Positions 39,418 to 41,440 of a DNA stretch of 41,440 bases are shown one piece after another (position 1 is the first letter of the stretch; each line of letters opens with the position of its first letter). The translations under genes and the position numbers were made by a program. The stretch is from the NCBI GenBank assembly GCA_031835245.2, contig JAVKOQ020000021.1, positions 310,001 through 351,440 on the forward strand. The letters are read 5' to 3'. The DNA comes from Balamuthia mandrillaris (lineage: Eukaryota). The notes beneath the pieces are model-generated. The model saw nothing but the letters and a program-made list of their open reading frames with translations, ran no database searches and was not told the origin of the DNA.

Positions 39418-40710
39418 TCATGACGGTGGTGACGACGATGACGATGCTGCGCCATCACTTCCTGAAGGGGATGGAGATGAAGACGAGGAAGAGGTAGAAG
39501 TAGAAACCGAAGACGAGGGAGAGGACGAGGATGAAGGGGTAGAAACCGACGACGAAAGAGGGGGAGAAGAGGAAGAGGAAGGGGAGGTGCCAACACTGAG
39601 GGAGCTGGGATCGGTCGTAGACGTCGACGAAGAGGAACAGGATTCAGCTGGAGACGAGGATGAGGAGGTGGTAGTGATGGTACTTGAATCAACAGTAGAT
39701 GCAGGCGATTTTGATGGCGATGGCGATGGCGATGGCGATGATGAGGGTTGTGATGGTTGTGGTTGTGGCGACGGAGGAGGGGCTGGAGGTGGAAGACTGG
39801 AGGTGGAAGCAGGAGACAAGGCGTGATCCCTTGGCGAAGTAGGAAGGGAAGACGGAGGCGTTGGGCTTGGCACGTGGACCACCAAAGGTGGCATCATCAT
39901 AGTGGGAACCCTGGTGGGCATCATCATGGAAGGAGGCGCTCCGCTATTAGCTCCTTCCATTTCCTGCTGGTGATGGTAGTAGTAGTTGCTTTGAGGAAGG
40001 TGATGATGAGGAGGGGGGGTCGGATAATGGGGACGAGGGGAATGCCCAAGAAAGTAGGTGGTGCCAGCCCGCTCCACTAGCACCACGTGGGGATGCTGGT
40101 GTTGGTGGTAGACCTGTGGATACTGCTGCTGATGCTGGTGTTGGTACTGGCCGCCTATTCGCAGCACAGGCACGTCGTGCGCATGTTGCGATTGCATCGG
40201 CTTGGAGGTAGGCGTCGGCATGGAGGCAGACCTGGGTCTAGTGGCCATCGGTATCTGCACGGGCATAGGTACGAGGGCAGGCACGGGAATTGTTCCAGGA
40301 CAGGCGTATGGAGCAGAAGCGGTAGCGGCTACCGACATAGCATCGTAGGGTACGGCACATTCGGCTGCTGGCAAGGGCAGTCCTGTGTTCCACCACAGCG
40401 GCCTCGAGGAAGCGGACGACTCCGAATGAAGCGTGGCTGTAGTGTGGAGGTGCAGCGCGGCCGTGTGGGTACGCTCCCTCTCTTGCTGCAGCAGTTTCTC
40501 CTCGGCTATCCTCTGCCGTCTCTGCAGAAAACCTTGCGGATGGCTGTATCCGCACTTGGACTTGTTGCAGTGAATGCCATACCAGCACTCCTTTTTCTTT
40601 CCCTTTTCCTTCCTGTTGCTGCTTGAGCTGTTGGCCGAGGAGGAAGAGGAGCTTCGTTCGGCCGTTTCCGCATCGGCCACCACCGTATGTTCCGCTGAAG
40701 TCGATGCCAT
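39418..40710 (-). CDS. Low-complexity (His/Gln/Pro/Ser) protein with one CCCH zinc finger
   Basis: ATG 40710 MASTSAEH...; ECWYGIHCNKSKCGYSHP = C-x5-C-x4-C-x3-H (Nab2/ZC3H14-like spacing); intronless ORF. Confidence 0.75.
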   Translation of the reverse strand: MASTSAEHTVVADAETAERSSSSSSANSSSSNRKEKGKKKECWYGIHCNKSKCGYSHPQGFLQRRQRIAEEKLLQQERERTHTAALHLHTTATLHSESSASSRPLWWNTGLPLPAAECAVPYDAMSVAATASAPYACPGTIPVPALVPMPVQIPMATRPRSASMPTPTSKPMQSQHAHDVPVLRIGGQYQHQHQQQYPQVYHQHQHPHVVLVERAGTTYFLGHSPRPHYPTPPPHHHLPQSNYYYHHQQEMEGANSGAPPSMMMPTRVPTMMMPPLVVHVPSPTPPSSLPTSPRDHALSPASTSSLPPPAPPPSPQPQPSQPSSSPSPSPSPSKSPASTVDSSTITTTSSSSSPAESCSSSSTSTTDPSSLSVGTSPSSSSSPPLSSSVSTPSSSSSPSSSVSTSTSSSSSSPSPSGSDGAASSSSSPPS

Positions 40711-41440
40711 CGCGCTGAAGTGACGTAGTCTGAACTCCAAGCAATTCGGGTTTTTTTTTGGAAGTAAGACTAACTCGCTCCTCGTGTGCGTGTGCGTGTG
40801 CGTGGTGTGCGTGTGCGTGTGCGTGGTTTGTTGGATGCGAACTCTTCTTCTTCGTTGGCCGAAACAAGCTAGACAGGAGGCAAGGTCTTCGTTCTTTTTA
40901 AAATAAAAAAGTTTGGAACTCTTTTCTGGTTTCTCCCAAAAAAGGGCGCACTCACTTCTAAATTGGAAATATTAGAGTGGTGAGATGTTGTTGCTTGTGG
41001 CCCACGCCCCCGCCACTTGTTTGTATTTTTGTTACACCGAAAGTCCGAGCGGAGCGGCGGTTTTTTTTTTGTATGTATGCAGTTCCCTAGTTCTGCTGCC
41101 TGGCTCTAGGGGGGACACGCACAACACAGGAAGGAAAAGCTTGGGGGGTGCGCGCGGTGGTAACGGCAAGAAATGTTTGACGGGTTGTTATGCTAGCGTA
41201 TTCCCTTTTTGCAGCAGCAGCAGATCCTATTCTATGATTGCCGCAATGATGCACGATGAGTCAGTTTGCCTTTTGTTTTTTTTGAATAATTTAGGGGTTT
41301 ACCACAACCTTTTCCTTCCTTCCCTCGCCACCGAGAGGGCAGCTTCCTTCCTTACCCGTGTAGTAGTTGTTCTGCAATCGAAGACGGAGGAGAACCGAAG
41401 AGGGAGGAGAAGCTGGCGGGAGGGCCCGAAGTTGCCACGA

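Noticed and set aside
39335..39826. Acidic 163-aa plus-strand ORF
   Set aside because: Antisense of the poly-Ser tail of the CCCH gene.
41290..41440. Possible 3' end of a minus-strand gene at the window edge
   Set aside because: All three minus frames are briefly open with no recognisable motif; cannot be supported from this window.

Overview
Gene-dense, intron-containing eukaryotic genomic DNA. The gene set (Thg1-like protein, hybrid histidine kinase, GMF, RhoGAP-SH3) and the microsatellite-filled introns suggest a free-living amoebozoan (Acanthamoeba/Balamuthia-like); this is inference only. In order the window holds: the 5' part of an FAD-linked D-lactate dehydrogenase-type gene (runs off the left edge), a small coiled-coil ORF, an intronless secreted protein, an orphan apyrase (CANT1-like) exon, an interrupted secreted ricin-B-lectin-like gene, a RhoGAP-SH3 gene, a PRAS40/Lobe-like gene, a large protein with an unassigned triple 26-aa repeat, GMF, a short-chain dehydrogenase, MARCH6/Doa10, Tudor-SN, a probably mitochondrial Thg1-like 3'-5' polymerase, a GAF hybrid histidine kinase, a tail-anchored protein and a CCCH zinc-finger protein. 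I found no CRISPR array, rRNA, tRNA or recognisable transposase, and I cannot claim a novel multi-gene system. The best leads are a recurrent TGTCGACA palindrome in promoters, the KRGTKG repeat protein, the PRAS40-like gene, the fragment-rich 4-8 kb island with a repeat-bracketed candidate intron, and an unusual intron architecture. Exon boundaries were inferred by eye from GT/GC-AG sites and frame continuity.
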